41,988 nt of DNA. Origin: Octopus bimaculoides (taxonomy: Eukaryota). The DNA lies in NCBI RefSeq assembly GCF_001194135.2, contig NC_068981.1:175326803-175368790 (forward strand), in the 5' to 3' direction. The notes under the pieces were generated by a model. That model ran no database searches. It was not told where the DNA came from and saw only the letters and a list, made by a program, of their open reading frames with translations. The translations under genes and the position numbers were made by a program. Below, one piece after another: positions 26,488-38,353 of this stretch. The number at the start of each line of letters is the position of its first letter. The stretch's first letter is position 1.

Positions 26488-26630
26488 CGTAGCCTAGCGT
26501 GGGATTAGGGTGTTTGAGTCACTATCATAAGATCGTGGTTTCAATTACTAAAACGGATTGCAAATTCTTTTCTTGAGAAAGTCACTTCATTTTACAATAC
26601 ACCAGTCTACTAAGATGTAGTGAGCATTAG
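26484..26630 (+). mobile_element. Decayed tRNA-derived SINE head, related to the copy at 29010
   Basis: GGCACGTAGCCTAG..TTAGGGTGTTTG..CATAAGATCGTGGTTTCAATT..CTTGAGAAAGTCACTTCATTTTAC..CCAGTCTACT resembles 29010-29125. Confidence 0.55.
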
Positions 26631-27532
26631 CTAAGTTCTTCTACATCACCCCTCTACCTCTAGCCGTCACATTCTAGATGTCCCATAGGGTGAAGAGCGA
26701 GGAGAACGAGAGAGTTTCTCCGTCTGCTCACAACTACAAATGCACTTTAAACAATCTGTGGTTACATGTTCATTCGCTCAAGAAATACACACTTGCATGT
26801 AATGTCTGTTTTTACTTTTTGGCACTGAACAACGCACACCACAAGCGTCAATCCATCAGATGTTCATTTCCAGTGGTGCATCGAAATCCGTCGCTCACAT
26901 TCGGAATGAGGGTCAATTGCTCAGTTCAGAACGGAACAAGTGAGGCCCTGGTTTTATGGAGTGTGGAGCCACTTCTTACCCTCTGTCGTTTCCAGGTCTA
27001 CTCTAATTCGAAGCAGTAATACCTGTTATGATCCCAGCTATGGGGGTTAATTAGCATATAGGTAGGCAAACATAGGCTTGCCTACCTATGCATACAAGGT
27101 CAGTCCGGGGTCCTCTGCGGAACGGAAAAATAATGCCTTTCTATGTGAGATTTTGAACTGGATCTTACTTCGTCTGTCATATATTGCTTAACGCGTGGGG
27201 CAAAGTCTACGGCTCTCTATATTCTTCTCAAAACATCTTTACTTGGCTGTGCGAATCTTTCTGTTCACCAGCCTTCAGCCATCATATACTAGCACATATC
27301 CCTTTCCTTTCAATTTGAGGTTGAACGCTAATGGCTAATGCAACGTATTTCTCACTCTCAGATTGAACCTTTTGCCTTTTCCACATCCATCCTGTACTCT
27401 TCTTGAAAGGCGTTCTCAACTATTTTTATGGCTCTTATGAAGGAGCTAAACATTGTTGCATTCTTGGTGTAGCTGAGGCAACAGTGACGATCATAGCGAT
27501 GACTTTGTTGTGTTGGTATTGGGTACAATTAC

Positions 27533-27661
27533 CGTTCCTCTCTACTCGTCTCGGCGTCCGGGTTCAGTGAATTGTTAGGACTCGTTGTGTTGGTGACAGT
27601 TGCTCGTGTATTATTGATGATATTCACCTCACTGTTGCTGGACGCATTGCTGCTGCTGTGT

Positions 27662-27725
<64 letters not shown>

Positions 27726-27799
27726 CTGCTGCCCGACCGACGTTGACGAGAAAGGTGGTTGGATGTTAAAGTTTACGTCTTCACTCATTGGACTTTGAA
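27533..27799 (-). other. Exon-like segment (unverified), containing an (AGT)n tract
   Basis: Acceptor-like CCTCTTCGTTCTCCAG and donor-like CG/GTAATT bracket 267 nt with protein-like composition, but no single frame is open across it. Confidence 0.25.
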
Positions 27800-28325
27800 C
27801 TGGAGAACGAAGAGGTTCCGTTTCACCCCTCTCTGTAACCTTCTCCTCTCTTCACCTACTTCTCGTCACACAACGCAACTTTCAGGAATTTTGATTAAGA
27901 AATATTTGTAAGCAATATGTATATAGCGAGAAAGAAATACACACAAACACACGCGCGCGTATGCATTCAAAATCGTATCAATACAATCATAAATTCATAC
28001 GAATTAGCCCGCAAATACTCATAACAATAACAAACGCAACATTACATATATATATATATGCCTAAGTAAACAGACCCAGGGCTGAATGAATGAAGGGACT
28101 GAGAAGTTATAAGGAAAATATAAAAATAGAAAATAGTGTAAGATAAAAATAAGAATTATGACGAGGACATACAAACATATATATTGTTAGATATTCTTAT
28201 ATACGCAAAGTATATAATTGAAAGGAGATAGAGAACTGGGTTACAAGAATGAGTGTTATATTTAGTAATATACAACAGACAGGTTACACTGGTTACATCT
28301 GTAGAGCAACTATATATTACAAGTG

Positions 28326-28473
28326 GAACGCAAAGGATGCCGGAAAGGAATGTATGGCTGTGAAGAACAGCTGCTGGTGAACCGAGCAATCACAGCGGAC
28401 TGTAAAAACAAGAAGGAAAAGAGAAAAACAAACCGTAGCAAGGTTTGGATTGACTAACAAAAGACATTTGATT
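28326..28473 (+). mobile_element. R4/Dong-clade reverse transcriptase fragment (early RT motifs), decayed
   Basis: Translation from 28326: ERKGCRKGMYGCEEQLLVNRAITADCKNKKEKRKTNRSKVWID*QKTFD, against the family pattern EQKGCRK..GCK.QLL..AI..DC...NL...WIDY.KAFD. Confidence 0.85.
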
Positions 28474-28479
28474 GGAAAC

Positions 28480-28830
28480 ACTCTAGATAAACAAAGCAAT
28501 CCTAACATTTACGAAATACTTCAAACATGTTGTGACAAAATAAAAAAAACAAAAAGCAAAAACAATTTCATTACAGAACAAACAGGAAAAAAATTAAGAC
28601 CAATCCTATACCCCAAAGAAGAGGAATATTTTCAGTCTTATTGCTTCTCACATTCTTGTCTTGCATTGAGACTATTAAGAAAACGTATTCAACAATACCT
28701 CCATGCTAAGGACAAATTATAGACATTCTCTTATAAATAACTTGAAGTTATAGATAATGGATAACACCGAACGGAAAAAGAATCTGCTGAAAAATTTTAC
28801 ATAAATTCGGCTCAAAAATTATGCATAATT
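28480..28830 (+). mobile_element. Possible decayed Penelope-like (GIY-YIG) C-terminal remnant
   Basis: A-rich strand with short motif matches NPNIY, FITEQTGKKLR (compare YIGQTG..LR), and later EKE and LHKFGSK. The motifs are short and split across frames. Confidence 0.3.
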
Positions 28831-29009
28831 TCAGTTAATACGTCATAAAGAATACGATAGTCGATAGATGTGCCAAAGCTACTGTAAAAAAGAGACAAAT
28901 GAACTATAACTGTGTATTATAAATATAGACACGGGATTGAGAGAAATAAACCAGAACTACTTATCTAAGTATCTAGAAATAAACAAATAGTATACAACAC
29001 AGAGAAAAC

Positions 29010-29240
29010 GGAGGCGCGTGGCTTAGTGGTTAGGTTGTTGGACTCATGATCGTGATTCCGATTCCTGGACCGGGCGACGCGTTGTGTTGAGCAAAACACT
29101 TCATTTCACGTTGCTCCAGTCCACTCAGCTGGCAAAAATGAGTAATCCTGCGACAGACCGGCGTCCCGTCCAGGTGAGGAATATATATACCATCGAAACT
29201 GGCCCTCATGAGCCTGGCATAGCTCCTCGAGAAGAAAACT
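29010..29240 (+). mobile_element. tRNA-derived SINE family D with a V-domain-like segment
   Basis: GGAGGCGCGTGGCTTAGTGGTTAGG (A-box), GATTCCGATTCCTGG (degenerate B-box), CTCCAGTCCACTCAGCTG, CCTGCGACAGACCGGCGTCCCGTCCAGG. Confidence 0.75.
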
Positions 29241-29260
29241 ATATACAACAATATAATAAT

Positions 29261-29442
29261 TATTCTACAATAGGCCTGAAATTTTGTGGGAGGGGGTTAG
29301 TCGATTACATCAACCCCAATGCTCCCGAAAAAATGAATGGCGAAGTTAGCCTCGGTGGAATTTGAACTCAGAGCGAAAAGACGGAAGAAATTTTGTTTAA
29401 CAGTTTGTCCAGGGCACTAACGCTTCTACCAATTCACCATCT
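29261..29442 (-). mobile_element. SINE family B with internal deletion
   Basis: Reverse complement GGTGAATTGGTAGAAGCGTTAGTGCCC..CTGAGTTCAAATTCCACCGAGG..GATGTAATCGACTAAC..TTTCAGGCCT. Confidence 0.8.
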
Positions 29443-29467
29443 TGTATAGTAACAGCAAAATAATAAA

Positions 29468-29637
29468 AATCCTTTCTACTAAAGGCACAAGGCCTGAAAT
29501 TTAGTGGGGAGGGGACTAGTCGATTACATCAACCCCAGTGTTTCATTGGTACTTAATTCATCAACCCCGAAAGCATGAAAGGTAAAGTCGACCACGGCGG
29601 AAGTTGAACCTACAACGCAAAGACAGTCGAAATTCCA
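29468..29637 (-). mobile_element. SINE family B, 5'-truncated
   Basis: Reverse complement CCGCCGTGGTCGACTTTACCTTTCATG..AAGTACCAATG..GATGTAATCGACTAG..TCAGGCCTTGTGCCTTTAGTAGAAAGGATT. Confidence 0.85.
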
Positions 29638-29640
29638 CAT

Positions 29641-29790
29641 AGGGGTTCGGCAAAAGACACTGATAAAGTAAGAATCAGACTTGAAAAACTATTAGTAGGA
29701 GATCGATTTGTTTGACTAAAACCCTTCAAAGTTGTACCACAGCATGGCCACAGTCCAATAACTGAAACAAGCAAAAATAAAGATAATAAT
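29641..29790 (+). mobile_element. SINE family A, 3' tail fragment
   Basis: GGTTCGGCAAAAGA..GATCGATTTGTTTGACTAAAACCCTTCAA..CAGCATGGCCACAGTCC..ACTGAAACAAGCAAAAATAAAGATAA. Confidence 0.8.
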
Positions 29791-30044
29791 GTCTACAAAT
29801 ATAAACAAATTAACATTCGTTTGTATTTTTATAAGCGTTGAAATGTGTACAGCAAGATACAAATAATACGATAATTTATTTTCAAATGCAGAAATATTAG
29901 GTATATTATCTTTAGAAAGCGGAAAAAATTTGTCAACAAACATCGGATACAAACACACATCTCTTGAAGACTCCGACCATGTGATTTACCGTTAAGCTAA
30001 GCTGCCCATTGACAAATTAACTCGCCTTCATAATAATAATAATA

Positions 30045-30401
30045 ATACCAGCAGATGACAACGTTTCTCTAAAAGAAATGGAAGAACTTTCAAAATACAA
30101 AGACCTGGAAATAGAGGTAACTCGAATGGGGAATCTAAAAACAGAAACAATTCCTATCATAGTAGGTGCCTTAGGTATAATAAAAAAATATTCAGACAAA
30201 TACATAACAAAAACACCAGGACTTACAAATATATATAACATACAGAAAATTGCACTACTGGGCACTGCACACATCCTACGCAAAACACTTTCAATACAGT
30301 AACCATAAGAGCACCACAGCAAACCACAGCACATACCCAAGGCGCACAGAGCTGCGCTCGGTAGTGAAGTGAAAGTACGTTATAAAAATAAAATTACTGA
30401 A
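30045..30401 (+). mobile_element. R4/Dong-clade retrotransposon 3' end (endonuclease tail and 3' UTR), 5'-truncated, inside (TAA)n
   Basis: IPADDNVSLKEMEELSKYKDLEIEVTRM..IPIIVGALG..IQKIALLGTAHILRKTLSIQ*, then a ~100-nt UTR. TAA repeats flank both sides. Confidence 0.9.
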
Positions 30402-30428
30402 CAATAATAATAATGATAATAATAATAG

Positions 30429-30636
30429 TAATCCTCTCTATTATAGGCACAACGCCTGAAATTTGAGGGGAGAGTGCCAGTCGAGTAGATCGACCCAAGT
30501 TCACAACTGGTACTTAATTTATCGGCTCCGAAAGGATGAAAGGCAAAGTCGACTTCGGCGACTTAGAACGTAGCGACGGGCGAAATGCTGCTAAGCATTT
30601 CGTCCAGCGTGTTAAAGATTCTGCCAGTTCGCCACC

Positions 30637-30637
<1 letters not shown>
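30429..30637 (-). mobile_element. SINE family B, full-length
   Basis: Reverse complement GGTGGCGAACTGGCAGAATC..CTGGACGAAATGCTTAGCAGC..GTCGACTTTGCCTTTCATCCTTTCGG..AAGTACCAGTTG. Confidence 0.85.

Positions 30638-30701
<64 letters not shown>
30638..30701. repeat. (TAA)n microsatellite
   Basis: Direct reading. Confidence 0.95.
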
Positions 30702-32788
30702 TTAGGTAAACGACTAACAACTTTGTGAGAATTATGTAAGTTGATACCATCACTTCCCGGTACTTGAGTTTTACTTTATTCTATCGTCCCTGAAGGAATG
30801 AAAGTTAATGTTAAGTTTGGACTCTATAGAACCGAAAGACTTGACTATGCATTCCTTCAAGTTTATGTTGTGTATCTTTTCTTCTTTTTTTCAATATATA
30901 TCTAATATCATTGGAGCCCTCGACAATGTTCGTATTATATGTGTGGGAGAATGAAGCGTATGACAATTATGCGTTCGGTAAAAACATGACCATTATAAAT
31001 GAATTAATTCAGGTCAGTTGAGAATTAAGTGCTTCCCACATTTTCAAATTTTGGAGAAATTACCTTCATAAGCCTTCTCTCTGTGAATCAACATGGGTAT
31101 ACAACTGATACGTATTATATAGACACCAGGTTTATCAAATAAAGCACGGGCTCTATCAAAACATTAAACTCAGCACCAAGGGGAGTAAGATTAATTAAAT
31201 ACTGTAATGGTTTTAATCAGGTGCTCTTTCATTTTGCCACCCCTCTAACATTCAATCTTAAGTGACGTATATTACCCAATAAAAGATGTAATGATTATAT
31301 GTGTCTCAGTAGTTTTCATTTGAGATCTACGCATGGATTATTTTCTCTCAATCACCTTTACAATATGGTGCGTTACATTCGCTGAAATCCATTATTTTGA
31401 AACCATTATTTGAAACTTATAGTTTCTGATTAGCAATGCACTGGCAGTAAACAAGATAGAGGGTAGATAGCATTAAGGAAATAGTAAGAGCTTGATAACA
31501 GGTTGAATGTACCTGACACTTTTGTGACAGTTAATGAGCCGTTGAAATGACTTTTGTTGTTATAGTTATGTTATTGTTGTTGATGTTTTGGTGTTGGTGT
31601 TGGCAATGGTGCTGATGTTGTTGTTATGGTTATTTCCTGTTTTGATATACCTGATGATGACGAGCCCATGCAAATTAACACGCGTGAAAAGACAACTCCA
31701 TTACTAGTTCGGCGCCAATGAAGGATGAGTAGATAACTAACTAGATTGGATTTTGCTATCCAAGGCGTCATTCGTAGCTTTTGGAAAAGAAGTAAAAGAA
31801 ATGAAAAGAAAAAGCAAAAGCAAAAAGCATTGAAATAAAAGAAAGAAAAAAATTAGGAAGAGGGTTAATCTGAAACTAATAATTGAACCATTGTGTGGAT
31901 TTATTGGGCCAGTGAGCATCTATTGTTCGAACGTCACAGTCGGATGCGGCAGTAAGGTACCAAGATAGTAAAGGCATAAATATGGTCAATGAATTAATTG
32001 TTGTGATTTACATAGAAGCGTCAAACAAGTGAATTGGAACTAAATGAGATTAGCGATACGGAACTATCTTACGAGAAATAACAGGGTAATGCTTAGGAAT
32101 TAGGTGGGGATATACCGTATGGCGTGAAAAAAATAACAGCAAAAAGTCCCGTCTAAGAATTTTCATAACAATCAGTAAAAATAAAAATAAAAATACCGAA
32201 CAGCGTCATTCTAAATTGGTTTCAGCATAATAAGGTCTGGTATGCATAGATAAGTGATCTCAGCTGGAGAACTGACAAAATAACTGGAAGTGTGATAAGA
32301 GCTAAAAAGCAGTTAACAGTATTAGTGAGCAAATTTACAGCTGAAAATTTGTTCTGGGTTGTATCTTACTCACACACATGCACAAGCACGCACACACACA
32401 TATATTCAATACATTTCAGTTGTAAGCTCCTTGTGTCAAAGTAGGTGTAGACTGTCATTTAGGACATTTTTTTTTTTTTATTATTATTCTCGAGTAGTTG
32501 TGAGTAACATAGTAAGANNNNNNNNNNATATAAACTTATATATATATATAATATTAGGGATAACATCCAAAATTACAGGTAAAAACTCAATTAAAATCAA
32601 TTTATTAAAATTTAAAATTAAATTAAGTTTCACAGTATAAAATATATATAAATATATAGTATTAGGGAAAAGAACCAAGATTTAGGAACTCATCGATGAA
32701 AAACCACTGTCACATATAGAAAAAATTCATAATTAAAAGTACAATAAATAAGTATAATATAATACAAAGTAAATATCATGAGATCAAG

Positions 32789-32825
<37 letters not shown>

Positions 32826-33976
32826 GCAAACTTACATACCACACATACATGTATATATGTGTGTGGGTGTGAGTATGTGTGTGTGTATATAGTGTTAAGT
32901 GCAGCAGATCAAAATTAAGCTATAGCTGTAACTGCATGACGAAATTTTTGAGTTTAGATTTCTGGGCTCTTGGTTGTTCAGTTTTGCTTGCCTTATGTCA
33001 ACTGATAATACCTTTTATAAAAATGATAAACATCACGATATTCCACCTATTTCTTCTAAATAAATGTGCTGTGTTTAATGCTTCATAATAAAAATATGTG
33101 AGTATAAATTCAAGAAAACTAAACATCGAAAGTGTGTGATATAGAATCAGTTTTTTTTCTGAATTACTTCAAAAGAGAATTAACTACGAACCGTTCGGCT
33201 CATGGCCAACAGACAGCAAGGCTCTCCTTTTGAAAAATCTATGACGCTTGTTTGTGATACACAGTTTAATATGAATACAGAAGAAAACCCAACAAATAAA
33301 ATATGATCTTGATTAGAAAATTTCAGTCAATACGTCGTCAAAAATAGTATTCTTAGTGTCGATTAATCTATTTGCTAATGAGGAAAGAAAACTAACTTTT
33401 TATTCTTATGTTACAATTGATTGCTATCTTCAGAATGTAAGAAATTTAAACATAACATTGAGTGGTAAAAGAAATGATTGAACATCCTTGACATATCGCT
33501 ATTAGTCCGTTATTTTTTTCTCCTTCATTTACAAAAGAAGTTAAAATTTAATTTAAATGGTAAATTCTATCTAGTCTCGATTCTTTTTCTTCATTCTCCA
33601 TAAACATTAATATTTTATGAATTTATGCTTTCAACGTTTGGCTCGCTTTAATATCTATAATATTGTTAAATATATCTAATTACAGTTATGTTTATTTATT
33701 TTGTTGTTGTTGCTATTTTATTCCATTTGAAATTACAATTTTTTTGTGTTCATATACAAAGACGCCAAATTTCTAAGTTCTTGGAAATTGTAAAATTCTT
33801 TCAATATAGTCTACAAATTCCTTTCTTCTCCCTCATATCTCTTTCCCTATAACACAGTTACCTACTATTAGCTTAACCTCAGCTATGTATGTATGTATGT
33901 ATGTATGTGTGTGTGTGTGCATACACACACACACACACACACACCCACACCCACACACACACACACACACACACAG

Positions 33977-34021
<45 letters not shown>

Positions 34022-34026
<5 letters not shown>

Positions 34027-34122
34027 GATGGGCTTCTTTCAGTTTTCGCCTACCAAATCCACGCACAAGTCTTTGATCGTACCTAGGCAATCGGAGAAGA
34101 CATGTCCAAGGTACCACGCACG
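34022..34122 (-). mobile_element. SINE family A, core fragment with adjacent microsatellite (33885-34021)
   Basis: GGGCTTCTTTCAGTTTTCGCCTACCAAATCCAC..AAGACATGTCCAAGGTACCACGCA matches the copy at 15-172. Confidence 0.8.
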
Positions 34123-34175
34123 CACACACTCACACGCACGTACACACATATATATAATATGTGTGTATATGTGTC

Positions 34176-34212
<37 letters not shown>

Positions 34213-34989
34213 ATGTAAAACCGAACATCGAATTGTGTCGAATGAATCAAGAGGGAGTACTCGACACATAGTTTATTGAAACTGAATCTTAATCTGACAA
34301 CGCGAGTTTCATGCCATTGAGATCTCTGTGCGAGAACTGACACAGCGATTTGGCTCTATATTCGTATTCGTTGGTACAGGTGCGGTTTTTACGCTTATCT
34401 ACTGGTTCACGTTTTGCACTTGTGTTTATCTGGTATATTGCCTTTGCTGATTGGTTGACACTTGTTAATTTTGAGATATGACGTTTGATATTTATTCTGT
34501 ATTCCTTGATAAGGTCGAATAATGCTATTAATTTGCTTTGCTTCTCTTTGTATTCTGGGTTTCACTGTTAATTTAGTGAAGATTGCTTAATCTAGTATGC
34601 TTTTGTGAAGTTGTCTTGGATTGTATTGAGTTTGTAAGTATTGTACTTTTTGTCAAGATAAGGGATTCCAATGATTTGTGAATTAATTTAAAACTACAGC
34701 TAATTAAGGATTTACCTCTATATACAACAGCTTCTGAAACTGTAAGAAGCATTTTCATCAATGTGTGAATTTGTGTGGATTGAAGAAAGTGTCTGTTAAC
34801 AAATTAATTTTTATTTGTTAATTTCATCGGCTACAAGATTATTATAACTTATATAAGTGCATGTGTACGTAGAATAACTATATGTATGGTTGTGTGCATT
34901 CATGCATTTATGCATGTATGCGCGTGCATACGTGTATGTTTTATATGTATATTTACATTGAAATATAGGCTGTATATTGGCAGTATCGT

Positions 34990-35370
34990 GGAGGCGCAAT
35001 GGCCCAGTCATTAGGGCAGCGGATTCGCGGTCATAGGATCGCGGTTTCGATTCCCAGACCGGGCGTTGTGAGTGTTTATTGAGCGAAAATACCTAAAAGC
35101 TCCACGAGCTTCCGGCAGGGGATGGTGGCAAACCCTGCTGTACTCTTTCACCACAACTTTCTCTCACTCTTACTTCCTGTTTCTGTTGTGCCTGTAATTC
35201 AAAGGGTCAGCCTTGTCACACTGTGTCACGCTGAATATCGCCGAGAACTGTGTTAAGGGTACACGCGTCTGTGGAGTGCTCAGCCACTTGCACGTTAATT
35301 TCACGAGCAGGCTGTTCCGTTGATCGGATCAACTGGAACCCTCGACGTCGTAAGCGACGGAGTGCCAACA
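34990..35370 (+). mobile_element. Full-length tRNA-derived SINE family E with a perfect 14-bp TSD
   Basis: ATTGGCAGTATCGT at 34976-34989 and 35371-35384. Head GGAGGCGCAATGGCCCAGT, B-box GGTTTCGATTCCC, 3' end CGACGGAGTGCCAACA. Confidence 0.9.
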
Positions 35371-35820
35371 ATTGGCAGTATCGTTAGAATGTTGGACAAA
35401 TTTGCCTGCTGAACTTATTCCGCCTCTGCATTAGTATATGAAGCACATCGAAAAGGATAATGGTATTTTCTGCCATAATGATAATTACGTTCTCGCTTTG
35501 AACAAGAAAAATATCCGAATTCTAATGTAGCATCAATAGCAGCCAAAAATAGTCGGTTATGTTTCCTGTCGTATATTCAAAGTTACCTGAAGTTTGACTA
35601 TGAGTTTTATGTTCACGGAACAGTTAAACGACAGGAAATGCAAATGACGGTAGCAAAATTAAACGCCCTCATTTACCAAATGCCACATATCAGAAGAAGT
35701 TTGATGTAATAAATGTGTTGCATTGCCAATGGTGATGCCCCAGCCGGGCCGCAGCTCTCAAGCTTAAACAATTAAAAGTGTGAAATAACATATACTTAAG
35801 TATGTACACATTTCTATACC

Positions 35821-35822
35821 GA

Positions 35823-35885
<63 letters not shown>

Positions 35886-36100
35886 TTATCTATCTATCTA
35901 TTTGTTTGTCTGTCTGTCTATCTGTCCGTCTGTCTATCTATCTGTCTGACTATCTGTCTGTCTACATCTCTGTCTCTCTCTGTCTCTCTCTGTCTCTCTT
36001 TGTCTCTCTCTGTCTCTCTTTGTCTCTCTCTGTCTCTCTTTGTCTCTCTCTCTGTCTCTTTCTGTCTGTCTCTCTCTCTCTCTTTCTCTCTCTCTCTATA
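35821..36100. repeat. (CTAT)n/(CTGT)n/(CT)n compound microsatellite
   Basis: Direct reading. Confidence 0.95.
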
Positions 36101-37053
36101 TATATACTTACATGCATATCCATTTACACACACACACACATAGATATGTATATATATATGTACAGTTATATATATATTTCCCTCAATTTATCGCTCATCT
36201 ATTGTGTGTTTTTATCGGTTATGTTCCTAATTCGTCTTCATCATCATTTTTCATAGTCATCTCTACCACTACTACAGCATTTTTTTCCTTTCTTTCTCTT
36301 TTGTCGCTCTCGTCCTTTCGATCTCTTCTTACACACTAGTGTTCCTTCAGTATCAAATCGTATCTTGCGAATTAAGCCGAAACGTTATCTCATACAACAT
36401 AGTTATCAGATTTTGAGTCTAAAATCTGTTCAGCGTGATAAATTACAGTGCTTATATGACAAACATATTGCAGATATGACAAGAATTTTATTAATGACAA
36501 TTTGTCATGTGAGAGGGTTCATTCTTACCGAAAAAATTTAGAATATTTTTGAAATTTATTTTTTTATTGATTGAAAAGTAGCACGGATGAACAAATGTAA
36601 CTGTATAAACGTGAAGAACGTGAAATCATTCGTTGTTACTTGTATCAAAGGAAATAGCTTTGATCCAAATTATAAATGTTAACTTTTTTATATATAAGTT
36701 GATGCTCTGTCTTATATCATACATCCATCTTACAAGTCATTGCACACTAAAAAGGTTTCTAATTGTTGACTTGGTCCAACGATACATTTTTAATTCAACA
36801 TTATACTTTTTACCTATGAAATCAATATCCCAATCTCATTATTCTCTCTAAATTTTAGATGACTGTAGTCAACATCCATAATACTTGTACCATGCACTTT
36901 TGTAACTTTTATCCAGGTATATTCGTCGATAATAAAAACATATATTTAACATCACACTAGTTAACAATTACATTGGTTCAGTAACTTCATCTGGACACTC
37001 AACAAAGTTCGGCCCTATCACTCAGCTTTATTTTGTTTTATCTCACACTTATA

Positions 37054-38353
37054 TCAGGTCATACCATAAGTTCTGTCCGAATTTTGAATAAAGAAAGCAA
37101 GTGATCAAATGTTATATTCAATTGAAATCTTATCATCAGTGTACTTTCCCTAATTATCTATGGCTTCATTTCATCTATTTACAAGCTTTTTAATCCCATC
37201 AATGTAAAACTCTTTTAGTTTCAAAGCGAAGAACTCTGAAATGTCAGTTTCGACCTCCTCCTGGCTTGCAAAAGTTATGTACCCCAAATGATTCTGTAAA
37301 CTACGAAACAAATAGTAGTCTGAAGGAGCAAGGTCGGGATAATAAGGCGAATGAGGAACTTTTTTCCCAACCAAGCTCTTCGATCTTCTGTGACGTGATC
37401 TTTGCAGTGTGGGGTCGCACATTATTCTGATGAAACATCACTCGTTTTCGATTTATTAAAGTGGGCCTTTTTTCATTCAAAGCTTGGTTCAAACGCTGTA
37501 ATTGCTGACAGTAGACTTGAGCATTGATTGTTGCATTAGGTGGTAACAATTCAAAGTGAGTCACTCCTTTGCAATCCCACCAGATAGAGAGAAGAACGTT
37601 TTCTCATGAAGTTCCCTTCTCTGTTGTGGTTGAGCTTTTTCCCTTTTACCAAGCCGCTGTTTACGACGTTTAACATTTCGATAGAAGATCCATTTTTCGT
37701 CACCAGTCACAAGTCTATCCAAAAAGGGTGAAATGAGTTCGCGAGAATGGAGAGAAGAGCAGATGTCAACTCGGGATTTGCGGCTGCTTTCGGACAATTT
37801 ATGAGGCACCCATTTTCCAAGTTTAGGAACCTTTCCAAGTTGTTGAAGATGACGATGAACAGTTGTATGGTTTGAATTTATTGCCAATTTATTTATTGCC
37901 AATTCTTCAACTGATAATGCAGGATTTTCTTCAAGTAATGCCTCAAGGAGCTTATCATCTAACTCAACTGGACGTCCTGTTTGATCTTCATCTTGAAGGC
38001 TGAAATCTCCACTTCTGAATTTTTCAAACTATCTTCTGCAAGTTCTTTCATTCAAGCATTCTTTTCCATAAACTGAGTGTATGTTTCGAGTCGCTTCGGC
38101 TGCAGAGTTACCTTTTTTGTACTCATAAAGCATTATGTGCCTCAAATGCTCATTGGATACTTCCATGTTAGAAAGGGTTTTACTCAAAGAAATTTTAATT
38201 GTATTATTCTGTAAAATAATATTTAATTAGTTTAAATGTACACAAATGCGTAAAAATAGTTTTTAATTTCATTGGACATTCTAAAATACTATTAAATTTC
38301 ATTAAATTTAAAAAAAAAAGGCAAAATCGGACAGAACTTATGGAATGACCTGA
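37054..38353 (-). mobile_element. Complete mariner (Tc1/mariner, D,D34D) DNA transposon, 1,300 bp
   Basis: 27-bp TIRs TCAGGTCATACCATAAGTTCTGTCCGA (37054-37080) and its inverse (38327-38353) match at 26/27. TA lies immediately outside both ends. Confidence 0.95.
37130..38166 (-). pseudogene. Mariner transposase pseudogene
   Basis: Start MEVSNEHLRHIMLYEY at 38166. Motifs WVPHKL, LVTGDEKW, HQNNVRPH (second catalytic D appears mutated to N) and PYYPDLAPSDY, with 34-residue spacing once the frameshift is corrected. Several stops and frameshifts. Confidence 0.92.

Noticed and set aside
29010-29075. tRNA genes (also 34990-35060 and 15073-15130)
   Set aside because: They have A/B-box-like motifs but no complete cloverleaf, and they continue into SINE bodies.
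34292-34561. 90-codon stop-free minus-strand stretch with faint Penelope N-terminal resemblance
   Set aside because: It has no start codon or diagnostic motif, and several such stretches are expected by chance in a window this size.
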